Under the pieces are notes generated by a model that saw only the letters and a list, made by a program, of their open reading frames with translations, was not told the DNA's origin and searched no databases. Both the position numbers and the translations under genes were made by a program. Source: Octopus sinensis (lineage: Eukaryota). Taken from it: 32,279 bases of DNA. This document shows, in pieces, positions 10,108-20,960 of this stretch. The DNA lies in NCBI RefSeq assembly GCF_006345805.1, contig NW_021832170.1, forward strand, positions 1-32,279, written 5' to 3'. Positions within the stretch are counted from its first letter, which is position 1; every line of letters starts with the position of its first letter.

Positions 10108-10800
10108 CTGAAATTTCTCATTATAATATTGTCGATTAATATGTGGTCTTTTGTCCCTTTTGAATGTCTGTGGTACCCTTTCATTTCATGAAGAAACAGA
10201 CTCGATTTCTCCTAACGTGTATAAATCTTACAACATACTTGTTAAGAATTTCATAGTAATGATTAACAGATCTCTAATTCGAGACTTCAGTACTATCCTG
10301 TTTGCTTTACATGATAAGAGTTGTTCGGCCTTTTGTCATTCAATTTGGGATTCTTTCATTCTGCAGACAATTATTTAAAAACTCAGTACTCGTTCGAGTA
10401 TTTTAAAGTTCTTCAGCTTGAACCGTTGCAGCTTTTAAAAAATTAGATAATTTTGAAGCTTGTTTTGTTCAGAAATGATCAGTATATCGAACCTGTTCTC
10501 TTCTTCTTCAACTTTCTACTTCATTCCACTTTGCCTTCACATTGTGACTGCATCTTTTGCTCCACAGGTCACTCCAAGATGTTTCTATTTCAGTTTTCCT
10601 CTGGTACCTCATCGAGATGTGTTCTGACCCCTCCAATGTTTCAGACAATTTGTTCTAATTAGTTTGGTACCAGTTCTGCTGGACCCTAACTCTCACACCC
10701 CTACCATCGTTCTACCAGGGTCCACTTTTCTACTTCAATTTACTTCAATTTTTGAATTACATTTCCTCGATTTTAACAGACACTTACAAGGAAACACCAC
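10108..10800 (-). mobile_element. R4/Dong-like LINE RT remnant
   Basis: LNNCLQNERIPN*MTKGRTTLIM*SKQDSTEVSN*R and EMKGYHRHSKGTKDHILIDNIIMRNFR match R4-clade RT blocks (IP.WMT.GRT.LI.K...NYRPI; EQKG....RGTKDQLLID). Confidence 0.8.
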
Positions 10801-10879
10801 CTGTATGACGCAGTGGTTGTCTGACAAAAATAGGATTAGAAAGGATTAAGAGATAAAAAACAATCCGATAGGGGACAAC

Positions 10880-11040
10880 GATGGACCTGAAATTAATGTG
10901 AGTGAAAAGTGATACAGAGACAGAGATATAGTGACATATTGAAGAGAGTTATGTTGGATATAGAGGAAATAAGTATTTGGTTGAAGCTGGGATGACTGGA
11001 GTAACGACAAGATCGAGTTATTGACAAGGAAAATAGAATA
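10880..11040 (+). mobile_element. Possible RTE-like LINE C-terminal remnant
   Basis: QRQRYSDILKRVMLDIEEISIW...QDR weakly resembles the RTE end motif (R.R.RW.D....D......W...A.DR). Confidence 0.25.
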
Positions 11041-11439
11041 ACTCGACCATAAGTAATCCTGCCAACCTGGGAGCAAATCAAAGAAATAAAAAAATGAAAG
11101 AATACGATAATGTTATAAGATATATACCATTTAGTTCCCTCTTGGAGCGTAAACGAGTAGGGAGTTCATTCATTGTACTACAGGGAATAGCTGACCAAAT
11201 CGATATCCACTAACTTATACGAGATTGAAGTAGATGTAGCAGCTAAAGACGCTGACTTTAAAGTATGCTTTGAGGAAAAGACGGTCAGGAGAAAGCATCA
11301 TTAGACTGAGACGGAAGGGGAGTTAATTTCAGTTTCTTAACTTGTATTCGGGAAAAGAAGCCATTATGGAGTAAATACAATGTTAAAATGATTAAGTGAA
11401 GAAAATTAAAATAATACAAATAAGAATTTCAAACTTTTG

Positions 11440-11588
11440 CTACAAGGGTGGCTTGGGGGAGGGGACTAAGGCGATTACATCGAGCCCAATGCGTAACTGG
11501 TACTTAATTTATCGACCCCGAAAGGATGAAAAGCAAAGTCGACCTCGGCGGAATTTGAACTCAAAACATAACAGCAGATGAAATACCT
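11440..11588 (-). mobile_element. SINE family A, partial copy
   Basis: Homologous to the other family A copies; truncated at GAAATACC. Confidence 0.8.
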
Positions 11589-11787
11589 ATTTCTTTACTA
11601 CCCACAAGGGGCTAAACACAGAGAGGACAAACAAGGACAGACACACCGGATTAAGTCGATTACACCGACCCCAGTGCGCACTGGGACTTCTTTTAATCGA
11701 CTCCGAGAGGATGAAAGGCAAGTCGACCTCGGCGGAATTTGAACTCAGACGTAGCAGCAGACAAATACTGCCAAGCATTTCGCCGCC
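11589..11787 (-). mobile_element. SINE family A
   Basis: Homologous to 26851-27080. Confidence 0.88.
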
Positions 11788-11809
11788 TTAACAGAAATAA
11801 TAACAAAGA

Positions 11810-11823
11810 TCATCATCATCATC

Positions 11824-11877
<54 letters not shown>

Positions 11878-11978
11878 CCATCACCACCACCATCACCACC
11901 ACGACCACCATCACCACCACCACCACCACCGCCACCGCCGCCACCGCCACCGCACCACCGCCACCGCCACCGCCACCA

Positions 11979-12011
<33 letters not shown>

Positions 12012-12016
12012 CACAC

Positions 12017-12049
<33 letters not shown>

Positions 12050-12072
12050 TATCATCATCATCATCATCATCA

Positions 12073-12118
<46 letters not shown>

Positions 12119-12154
12119 CATTATTATTATTATTATCATCATTATCATCATCAT
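11810..12154. repeat. Compound triplet array (CAT/CAC/CGC/GAC-CAC/CAT/ATT)
   Basis: Directly visible. Confidence 0.95.
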
Positions 12155-12399
12155 GGAAACACTCAGCTTTATTTTGCTGGGTATAATGAAATGTGCCAGA
12201 TGCTCACAACCAGGTGACTACGGTAACACTTGTCGTCTTGGGGTTTGGTGTCAAAAGTGTCCTCAAATTTGATGAATATTTTCTATTAGGATTCTTGTAG
12301 AATACAGGATTGCACTTTACTGCAGGTCGACAATTCCAATATACTTCAGTGTCTTAGGAAGCAGTTTCGGTGTTATGCCAAATGCACCAGTTACCATAG

Positions 12400-12403
<4 letters not shown>
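12155..12403 (-). mobile_element. R4/Dong-like LINE 3' end (RLE C-terminus plus 3' UTR), copy 1
   Basis: IPMVTGAFGITPKLLPKTLKYIGIVDLQ*SAILYSTRILIENIHQI* matches the P.V.GALG...LQKSA.L...RIL end motif; TAA/TGA repeats on both sides. Confidence 0.75.
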
Positions 12404-12439
<36 letters not shown>

Positions 12440-12472
12440 TAATAATAAATAATAATAATAATAATAATAATA

Positions 12473-12715
12473 ATCATTGTCGGAGCCCTGGGAACAGTGA
12501 ATAAAAATCTTGAGGAGTACATGGAACAAATAGGGGCTGTAATAAGTGAAACTCTTGCAGAAAACAGCACTGCTTGGAACTGCTCGAATATTCCGGATGG
12601 TGCTTGAAAAATAAGAGATGTTACCTTAGTTCACTGGTAGTGAACAGCTGACACTGTAGTGCATCTCCGGCGTTAGAAGCTGCGCAAAGACAATAAAATG
12701 GTAGTAATAATGATA
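12473..12715 (+). mobile_element. R4/Dong-like LINE 3' end, copy 2
   Basis: IIVGALGTVNKNLEEYMEQIG.../LLQKTALLGTARIFRMVLEK*; preceded by (AAT)n and followed by a TAA/TGA-rich tail. Confidence 0.85.
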
Positions 12716-12794
12716 ATGATTCTTTTGGCGGGCCATAAGGCCCCAAGACATGGAGGACAATATCGAAAGACGAGTTACAACACACACACACACA

Positions 12795-12839
<45 letters not shown>

Positions 12840-12879
12840 TGTGGGGTTAACATCAATCAAGGGGAAATACTACCACATT

Positions 12880-13320
12880 AAAGGATATAACAGAGGATAT
12901 ATAATAGAAAGTAGAGAAATAAATAAGTAAATAGAATCCCCAATAGCGGGGCAGTCCACTTAAGGTAATCTGGGGGTAAATCCCCCACAAGAAATCCCAG
13001 ATTACTCTGCCATCTCCAAGGCATAGAAAAGTGCTCTCTTCCAGTTTGTTTCCTCCTGCATATTAAGAGTAGATCCATTCAGGCTCACCAGTCTTGCCAC
13101 TGTCGACCATCCTTTTGATAAGCACACCAGAAGGTAACACCTGCCTCACTATCCTCACCTTCCTCTTCAAATGCTATTTGAAGAAATTGATGAGGGCTTG
13201 ACTAGTTAGGATTGCGCCTGTCTTCAAACCTTTCAGACGGGTCCCCCCACACGGCCTCTTTTGTCACAGTCACTAAGCAGGGTAAGACCCTCTTTCCTTG
13301 TCTGCTAGGGGAAGTGGTGC
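12880..13320 (-). mobile_element. L1/Tx1-like ORF2 C-terminus plus 3' UTR
   Basis: QGKRVLPCLVTVTKEAVW/TRLKGLKTGAILTSQALINFFK*HLKRKVRIVRQVL resembles the C-terminal helix region of Tx1-type ORF2; followed by a T-rich UTR. Confidence 0.65.
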
Positions 13321-13388
13321 ATCGATAATAATCATCGTCTTCCTCTTTTATTATTATCATAATTATTATAATTATAGTTATAATTATA

Positions 13389-13427
<39 letters not shown>

Positions 13428-13429
13428 TT

Positions 13430-13848
13430 TATCATTTTTTCTTCTTCTTTCAATTTGCTTCATTTCTTGCCGAGTGTCTTCCCGACTCCTAGGGCAAAGA
13501 AACTCATAGTATACATTGGTAGGCCATTAAACTAAACTCACTAGTTCGTTCTTTTTTTAATTTTTTTAAGTTAAATTAAAATACATGGGTAGTAATAGTT
13601 CTCACATCGACAATGCTCTTCTCAATACGTATGGTGTACCAGTTAAGACAATCTTTTGCACTTGTTGCAGGGATGGTAAGCCAGGGATCATTCTCATATA
13701 ATTTTCGGTCCCCTTCTTAATCATTCCTAGTGCTCCTACGATCACTGGTATTGTAACCGCCTTGAGATGCCACATTTTCTCAATTTCAATGAGCAGGTCT
13801 TTATATTTTCTGAGCTTGTCAAACTCTTTCGCCGAGATATTATGAGAT
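13430..13848 (-). mobile_element. R4/Dong-like LINE 3' end, copy 3 (RLE domain in an open frame)
   Basis: ORF 13602..13967 contains NISAKEFDKLRKYKDLLIEIEKMWHLKAVTIPVIVGALGMIKKG...VQKIVLTGTPYVLRRALSM*; the UTR ends in (TAA)n. Confidence 0.9.
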
Positions 13849-14039
13849 ATTATTATTATTATTATTATCATTATTATTATTATTATTATTATCATCATCA
13901 TCATCATCATCCTCATCATCATCGTTGTCGACCTCGTCTGCGTCCTCATTATCATTATCATCATCATTATTATTATATTTGGTTTTAATATTTATATTTG
14001 ATTGAATAAATATATACATTAAGGTTTAGAATATCACTG

Positions 14040-14147
14040 ATATATGGAAAGCATGTTCGTTTGCATCTACATGTATATATGCACATACATATATACATAT
14101 ACATACATACATGCATACATACATACATACATACATACATACATACA

Positions 14148-14183
<36 letters not shown>

Positions 14184-14493
14184 TATGTACATATTTACAC
14201 ATATATATATGTACATATATACATATATATACATACGCATACATATATCCTTATACATATATATATACATATATGTACATACATACATACGTACATGCAT
14301 ACATACATACATACATACATACATACATACATACTTATATACGTACATATACGCATACGCAATCACACGCATACACACACACATGCGACAGAAATTCCTA
14401 TATAAATATGATGACAAGTGTAAAATACATAATATGCAAATTGTACTGGGCAGCATGAAATTCATATGCGCCATTATACATGCTTACACTCAC

Positions 14494-14532
<39 letters not shown>

Positions 14533-14735
14533 AGAGTCATATATACAAATGTTGACTTTAATTTAAGAACAATACATGTAAATGTATACTCTTTGTTTTC
14601 TTAAGCGGTGTGAAATTTCTTCCATAAATTCAAAGCTGTATACACAAACTGCAAATGTTTATCATGTGACACAATAAACTCACACACACTCAACCACTTA
14701 TATAGGTACATATATACTCATATGTAATATATTTT

Positions 14736-14795
<60 letters not shown>

Positions 14796-15349
14796 GTATG
14801 TATATATATATGTATATATATATATATATTTTATACGTGTGTGTGTGTATTTGTGTATATGGAGGTGTGTATATATTTACAGAGACATGAATATTTGCAC
14901 AATTAAAAATTGCACTGCATTAACGCACATAGATATTGGCAAATATACATAGCATTGAACAGAAATATATACGCATACATACATATATGCCTACATGCCT
15001 ACATACATACATACATACATATATATATACAGTTCAGACAGACAGACAGACAAATAGACATACAGACATACTTGCCTACGTAATACGTACATACATACAT
15101 GCATACATACGTACGTACGTACATACACACAGACATATGTATGTGTTTATATGTATACGTATATGACACACACACACACAGAAGCATATATATATATATA
15201 TATATATACCCCAATACACGCTAACACATGTATAATCATATAAAATGGTCGACTTAGCAAAATTGCAAAATATAACATAAACTAATTAATTACTTACTAA
15301 TGAAATACTGGGAAAAATATAATTGGCTTCAGAATTTCCAAACGTATGC

Positions 15350-15423
<74 letters not shown>

Positions 15424-15480
15424 CACATACACACACACATATATATAAGTATTTATGTACGTATGTATACAAATTCATGT
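14040..15480. repeat. Mosaic of (TACA)n, (TA)n, (CA)n and (CAGA)n microsatellites
   Basis: Directly visible. Confidence 0.9.
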
Positions 15481-16330
15481 ATTCATGATATTATGTATAA
15501 CTCATTAATTATTATTTCAGATAATGTTACATTGGTGAAGACGGTGTTTTAATTTGCTAGTACCATAATTCCTGAACTATCATCGTAATTTCTTCAATGA
15601 TTCTGAATCAACAACGTTAGTCTACAGTGGCAGACAAAAAAGAATATTTAGTTCATAAATATTCCAAGAAACACTCTTAGATGAAAATAGCCATAGGTAT
15701 ATCATACAGAAGGTAAATAGATCGCAAAAGCAATTATTTGTACTGTTGTATTCGTCCAGAGATAATATCTCATATGAACGCGCTGTCTATATATATATAT
15801 CAGATGCAGAGAAAAATCGTCCACGTAGCGGCTGTTTGGGATGCTAATTGCATTTCTGCCTCATTGGGAATTGTCAATAGTATGTACTGACAGTCAATCG
15901 AATACAAAGATGAAATCTGTGGCCAACGATATAGTAAAACCGTAAGTAGACAATCACCACTGCAGTTGTGAATAGCCATCCGTCTCAATAAAAATCCAAA
16001 AGCAGTAAATTTGCCTCTCGCCATGCATTTACATAAAGAATGTTACACCGATAATTTTTAATGTTGAAATGCCGTGAAGATAATACTAGTTTGAGATGCT
16101 TATCACCTCCGTCTTGTAAGGTCTATCGCTATAAACTATACTGAGCTGGCAACAACGTCTGCATGCAGGCCACTTAATATGCAAGAAATAGCAGTCGGAT
16201 GCTTCTAGACTTACTCCCTACCAAGTTAAAAGGTGAAGTAAAGACTGGATAATTTAGAACTGGTTCAAATGTCCTTCATCATACAACTGCTCGCTCAGGG
16301 TTATATGAAGTCAAAGCGCATCTTTGATTC

Positions 16331-16605
16331 GTGGCTTTGTGGTAAGCAGTATACTTCCTAACCAAATGGTTCTGAGTTCAGTCACAGCCTGACACCTTGG
16401 ACAAGTGTCTTCTAATATAGTCTTGGGCCGATCAAAGACTTCGATATTTTATTGGGCTGATCAAAGACTTGTTAGTGAAACTCAAAGAAGCCCGTCGTAT
16501 AAATGTTTGTGTTTGTGCCCAGTTTCTTGCACGCTAATTTCAAAAGCTGGTCGTTCGGCTGATCGGATTGACTGGAAACTTTGTCGTAACCGACGGAGTG
16601 CCAAC
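16331..16605 (+). mobile_element. Degenerate family B SINE head joined to the 3' part of SINE family C
   Basis: 16331-16520 resembles 7492-7700; 16525-16605 resembles 27800-27886; internal 19-bp duplication TTGGGC(C/T)GATCAAAGACTT. Confidence 0.6.
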
Positions 16606-17067
16606 TAAAGGATCCTATAATTGTTGCTTCTATTCACCTACAAGCAAAAGCAGCCAATCAAATAACATATAAATACTTTTAGCGAATCTAACTTAATCCG
16701 ACTTAGAAATGGGTCCATTGTGTGTCATATGTATTAAAGTGCTTTTGTGGTAAAATTTCATTTATCTAATACAGTTATAAAAAAATATATACACAATTAT
16801 GTATTATTCACCATCGTGAGGTAAAATTTCAAACAGGTAAAATGTTAAACACCGACTCAGACAGAGCCAACTTTAGCTGTATTAGCTGACCAGTCGAGCT
16901 GATATTGTTTACGTCCAGGTCGATGTTTACAGTCTTACTTGCTTAAAAATCTTACCTGGTGATGGTGGATTATCATGTAATCCTTTATGACTTTCAATAA
17001 ATGAAATTCTATCGGATAAAATTCTGACGTAAATCTCAAACACCGTTAGTGTTTACTTATACACATA

Positions 17068-17292
17068 TTACTCTTACTCTTTTACTTGTTTCAGTCATTT
17101 GACTGTGGCCATGCTGGAGCACCGCCTTTAGTCGAGCAAATCGGCCCCAGGACTTATTCTTTGTAAGCCTAGTACTTATTCTATCGGTCTCTTATGCCGA
17201 ACTGCTAAGTTACGGGAACGTAAACGCACCACCATCGGTTGTCAAGCGATGTTGGGGGTGTGTGACAAACACAGACACACAAACATACACAC

Positions 17293-17325
<33 letters not shown>

Positions 17326-17332
17326 CACACAC

Positions 17333-17386
<54 letters not shown>

Positions 17387-17546
17387 TACTACGAGCCCCT
17401 TTCAGCTTCCGTCTACTAAATCCACTCACAAAGCTTTGGTCGGCCCGAGGCTATAGTAGAAGAGACTTGCCCAAGGCACCACGCAGTGGGACTGAACCCG
17501 GAACCATGTGGTTTGTAAGCAAGCTACTTATCACACAGTCACTCCT
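17068..17546 (-). mobile_element. CORE-type SINE family B, full length, with expanded internal (CA)n(TA)n
   Basis: Reverse-complement homolog of 7492-7885. Confidence 0.92.
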
Positions 17547-18092
17547 ACGTTTATAATTAATTTAATATATAAATTATATTTTTATTTCATGCTTACTGCC
17601 TGATAATTAACGTGATTTTATCCTTCAGTTCTATTAAGAATATAATGTGTGTGTGTGTGTGTGTGTGTGTGTTTGTGTGTACGGAAAGAGAGAGAGAAGT
17701 GGGGAAAATGTTCCAGCCGTTATTAGTAATTAAGTTAGTAAGTGTGTTAGTCGTTGGGTGTTGCAGAACGTTCATGTTGATCAGTTTACTTGTCGAAAGC
17801 AACTCATATTGAACAATATAGACAAATACAATATTTAATATTTCTTGATTTATTAAAATCATCTCCACCTCTGGAGGATACACCATAATCATCAAATAGC
17901 AATTGAGACCAGCTCCAATTGAGAAGAAGACATAATCTCAAGAATCAAGAATCCTCCAAATTTCACATTCCATAAGGTAAAGGATGGGATTATTCGCCGG
18001 AGCTGTGTTTCTCAACCATATTTACCTATATACCTACTCGATTGCTATTTCACTATACCAGACCTTCATAGCCATTTGATGTTATATATATA

Positions 18093-18134
<42 letters not shown>

Positions 18135-18138
<4 letters not shown>

Positions 18139-18387
18139 AAAAGTAAGAAGGAAAATAAGCGAAATTGAACAAGTTCATTAATCGGTGCGCGTTCAAAGTA
18201 ATGATTAGTAAATTCACGAAACCAGTATGCTTTTGAATCTCTTTAACAATTCACAATAATGACTTTTATTACTTTTATTCCTACCCCAGTTCATCTAATG
18301 CATATATCTAACGTTACTTTTCCTAAAGAGCTTTACTTTTTTGATTTCCAATGTGCATTTTCGCTTATTTTCTTCTTACTTCCCCCT
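18135..18387 (+). mobile_element. ~250-bp mini-element with ~30-bp terminal inverted arms and a hammerhead motif, next to (TA)n
   Basis: 18135-18164 is the reverse complement of 18359-18387 (2-3 differences); HHR motif at 18192-18237. Confidence 0.7.
18192..18237 (+). ncRNA. Minimal hammerhead motif with an A3-U8 core
   Basis: UUCAAAGUA / AUGAUUA / GU-AAAUUC-AC / GAA / ACCAGU / A / UGCUUUUGAA: 9-bp stem I with one bulge, GUA site. Confidence 0.6.
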
Positions 18388-18443
18388 TACATTTCCACGT
18401 GTAGTTTCTATTTTCTTTTTCTAACATATTTCTATATATATAT

Positions 18444-18670
18444 AAAATAGTAAAAAGTGAAAAAACTACAGAAGGCTTGTTTTAAAAGGTTTAAAAAATA
18501 ATATTTTGAGTCATTATGTCTGAAGAATGTTATAAATTTTTTTTCATACAATGAAATAATTTTGAAGAAATGACCGGTTTCGCGTTCAGCTTTTCAAATT
18601 TCTTACATCGCTATGTTTACGTTGAGAAGTGTGAAGAAGAGTTCTGTAGTTTTTTCACTTTTACTATTTT
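18444..18670 (-). mobile_element. ~230-bp Penelope 3'-repeat-derived mini-element with a 30-bp inverted arm
   Basis: Arms 18444-18473 / 18642-18670; homologous to 30085-30282, including a 21-nt identity (18460-18480 vs 30246-30266). Confidence 0.8.
18565..18604 (-). ncRNA. Minimal hammerhead motif with a U3-A8 core
   Basis: AAGAAAU / UUGAAAA / GC-UGAAC-GC / GAA / ACCGGU / C / AUUUCUU: perfect 7-bp stem I, palindromic stem III, GUC site. Confidence 0.72.
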
Positions 18671-18712
18671 CTATATATTCAACCACGTGCTTTCACACAC
18701 CAATTTCTCATC

Positions 18713-18763
<51 letters not shown>

Positions 18764-19335
18764 TATATATATAAATCTAACAGTATGTTTAGAATTAAAT
18801 ATTATCAGGGATTGTATGAACAAAATTGTTTAATTATTTTCTGGATTGCAGAATTATACGCAATATAATGCACATAAATTTTAGCGACAATATTGTATAC
18901 GGATTCCCAAGGGTCCCTGTTGAGAACAACTGTCTAGAACATAGAGAACATTCATGGACACGTGTTTCTGTCTCAATAATCTTCCTCAGCTGTCTTGTTG
19001 CTTGTAGCCGGAGATATTAGATTACATTAAAAAGAATTGAACATATTTATAGCCAAGGTAATTTGCATGCATTAAAGAATAATGAGCTAAGAGAAATAAC
19101 CATTAACCTAACCCTAATTGGTCTGTGGCATGTATTGTCCACGGTGTCCAAATACAAGCCACTGGTCACCATCAACTCTCAATTATTTTCCTCAACTCAT
19201 TTTTGTTTAAATCATGATAATGAACTTAATGCATGGATGCATTTCTCTGCCTGTCTGTCCAGTTCTTTCCGTTAACAGAGTTCGCCTGACCGTCCGACTG
19301 TTGTTCAGTTGAGGTAATCTAGTTTTCATTCAATG

Positions 19336-19435
19336 ATTGGGGATTTACTAGCCTTTTTTTTTTATTGCTGACGTGAATCAAATTATTCGATGTGAATTTG
19401 CTGAGTTTCATTGGTTAGAATTTTTCGTGACGTCA
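19336..19435. promoter_or_regulatory. CCAAT/CRE motif cluster
   Basis: ATTGG 19336 and 19410; TGACGTGA 19369; perfect CRE TGACGTCA 19428-19435. Confidence 0.3.
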
Positions 19436-19529
19436 TAATCCAGTTCGAAAGATCCTGTTGTATTGTTTAATAAAACCTAATGGCAACAAAAGAATCCATA
19501 CTGAAGTTGAGGCAGAAACTTGCTAAACA

Positions 19530-19697
19530 TGTATGTATGCATGATTGCGTGAACTTAATGCATGCATGCATGTACTTACGTATATCTATTGATATGCATA
19601 TATAGATATATATGCGTGCATGTGTGTATGTGTATATGCTTGGATCTGTATATGCATGCATATATGTATATGTATGCATATATGTATATATATACAT

Positions 19698-19731
<34 letters not shown>

Positions 19732-19762
19732 TCACACAGGCACATATATATGTATATGTATG

Positions 19763-19800
<38 letters not shown>

Positions 19801-19888
19801 TTTATATATATATTTATATACATATATATTTTTTTTTATATACATATATATATATATACATACACACAGGCACATATATATGTGTATG

Positions 19889-19930
<42 letters not shown>

Positions 19931-20447
19931 CAGAGAGAGAGAGAGACAAACAAATACTCACAAACACACATACGTACACACACGCACATGCACACAGATA
20001 TATATATGCATATATGTGTGTGTATGTGTTTACACAGTAAGCTACGAATAAAGAAAATGCGTTTTTCTTCAGTTCTACATCATATGTGAATGCACATACG
20101 AATAGAAAGACGCGACGGGGGATGAAAGACAGTGCAAAGGTATGTGTGTGTGTGTGACTGCCTATAATTATACTCGTGTGTACGCTTGTATGTGACTGAT
20201 ATATGTTTCCTAATTGTTATGTATACATTTGTGAGCATGCGTGTGCAAGTTTCCTCCTCCCCTCCTTTGTCCCGCTCTTGGTCTCCCTCCCTCTCTTTAT
20301 ATACATACACATAAAGACATACATATATACATATATATTTCTTTTTCATATGTACATATATGTATATATGTACGTGTATTTGTATATGTATACATACATA
20401 CATACACACATACATACATACATACATACATACATACATACATACAC

Positions 20448-20480
<33 letters not shown>

Positions 20481-20960
20481 CATACATACATACATACATA
20501 TATATATATTTATATATATATATATGCATATCTATCTATCTATCCATCTATCTATCTATTACATACATATAAGGGGGATGACCACTAAGTGGACAACCAT
20601 TATGCTAGAAGTCGACTCATATGGTCTTACCACTAAGAAAGGAATCATTCTATCTATTTATTTATCTACATGTAAGTATGTGTATATGTGTGTGTGTGTG
20701 TTTGTATGTATGTGTGTGTATACCATTATATATATATATAAACAAATATATATATGTATATATATGTATATTTATTTGCATATACATATGTGTGTGTATA
20801 TATGTATATATATATAAATATATATATATGTATATATATATATATGTATGTATATATGTATCTGTATATATGTGCATACACACATACACACACACATATA
20901 TATAATGTACTCACATGCATATACATGAGTATGCGTGTGAGTGTACGCTTAGTGCTAATG
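19530..20960. repeat. Mosaic (TA)n/(TACA)n/(GA)n/(TG)n/(TATC)n microsatellite field
   Basis: Directly visible. Confidence 0.92.

Noticed and set aside
15894-15941. 48-nt phase-0 exon (SIEYKDEICGQRYSKT) with a GTAAGT donor
   Set aside because: The acceptor has no pyrimidine tract, there is no recognisable homology, and it is compatible with chance
15800-16024. 74-aa minus-strand ORF
   Set aside because: No motif, codon-bias or splice support
17593-17895. 100-aa minus-strand ORF
   Set aside because: It ends in a (CA)n repeat and has no recognisable domain
17909-18018. Short complementary words CAGCTCC/GGAGCTG and TTGAGAA/TTCTCAA
   Set aside because: They are only 7 bp each and not nested, so likely chance
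18520-18560. Plus-strand CTGAAGA...GAAA
   Set aside because: No NUH plus stem I partner; it is the antisense body of the 18444-18670 element
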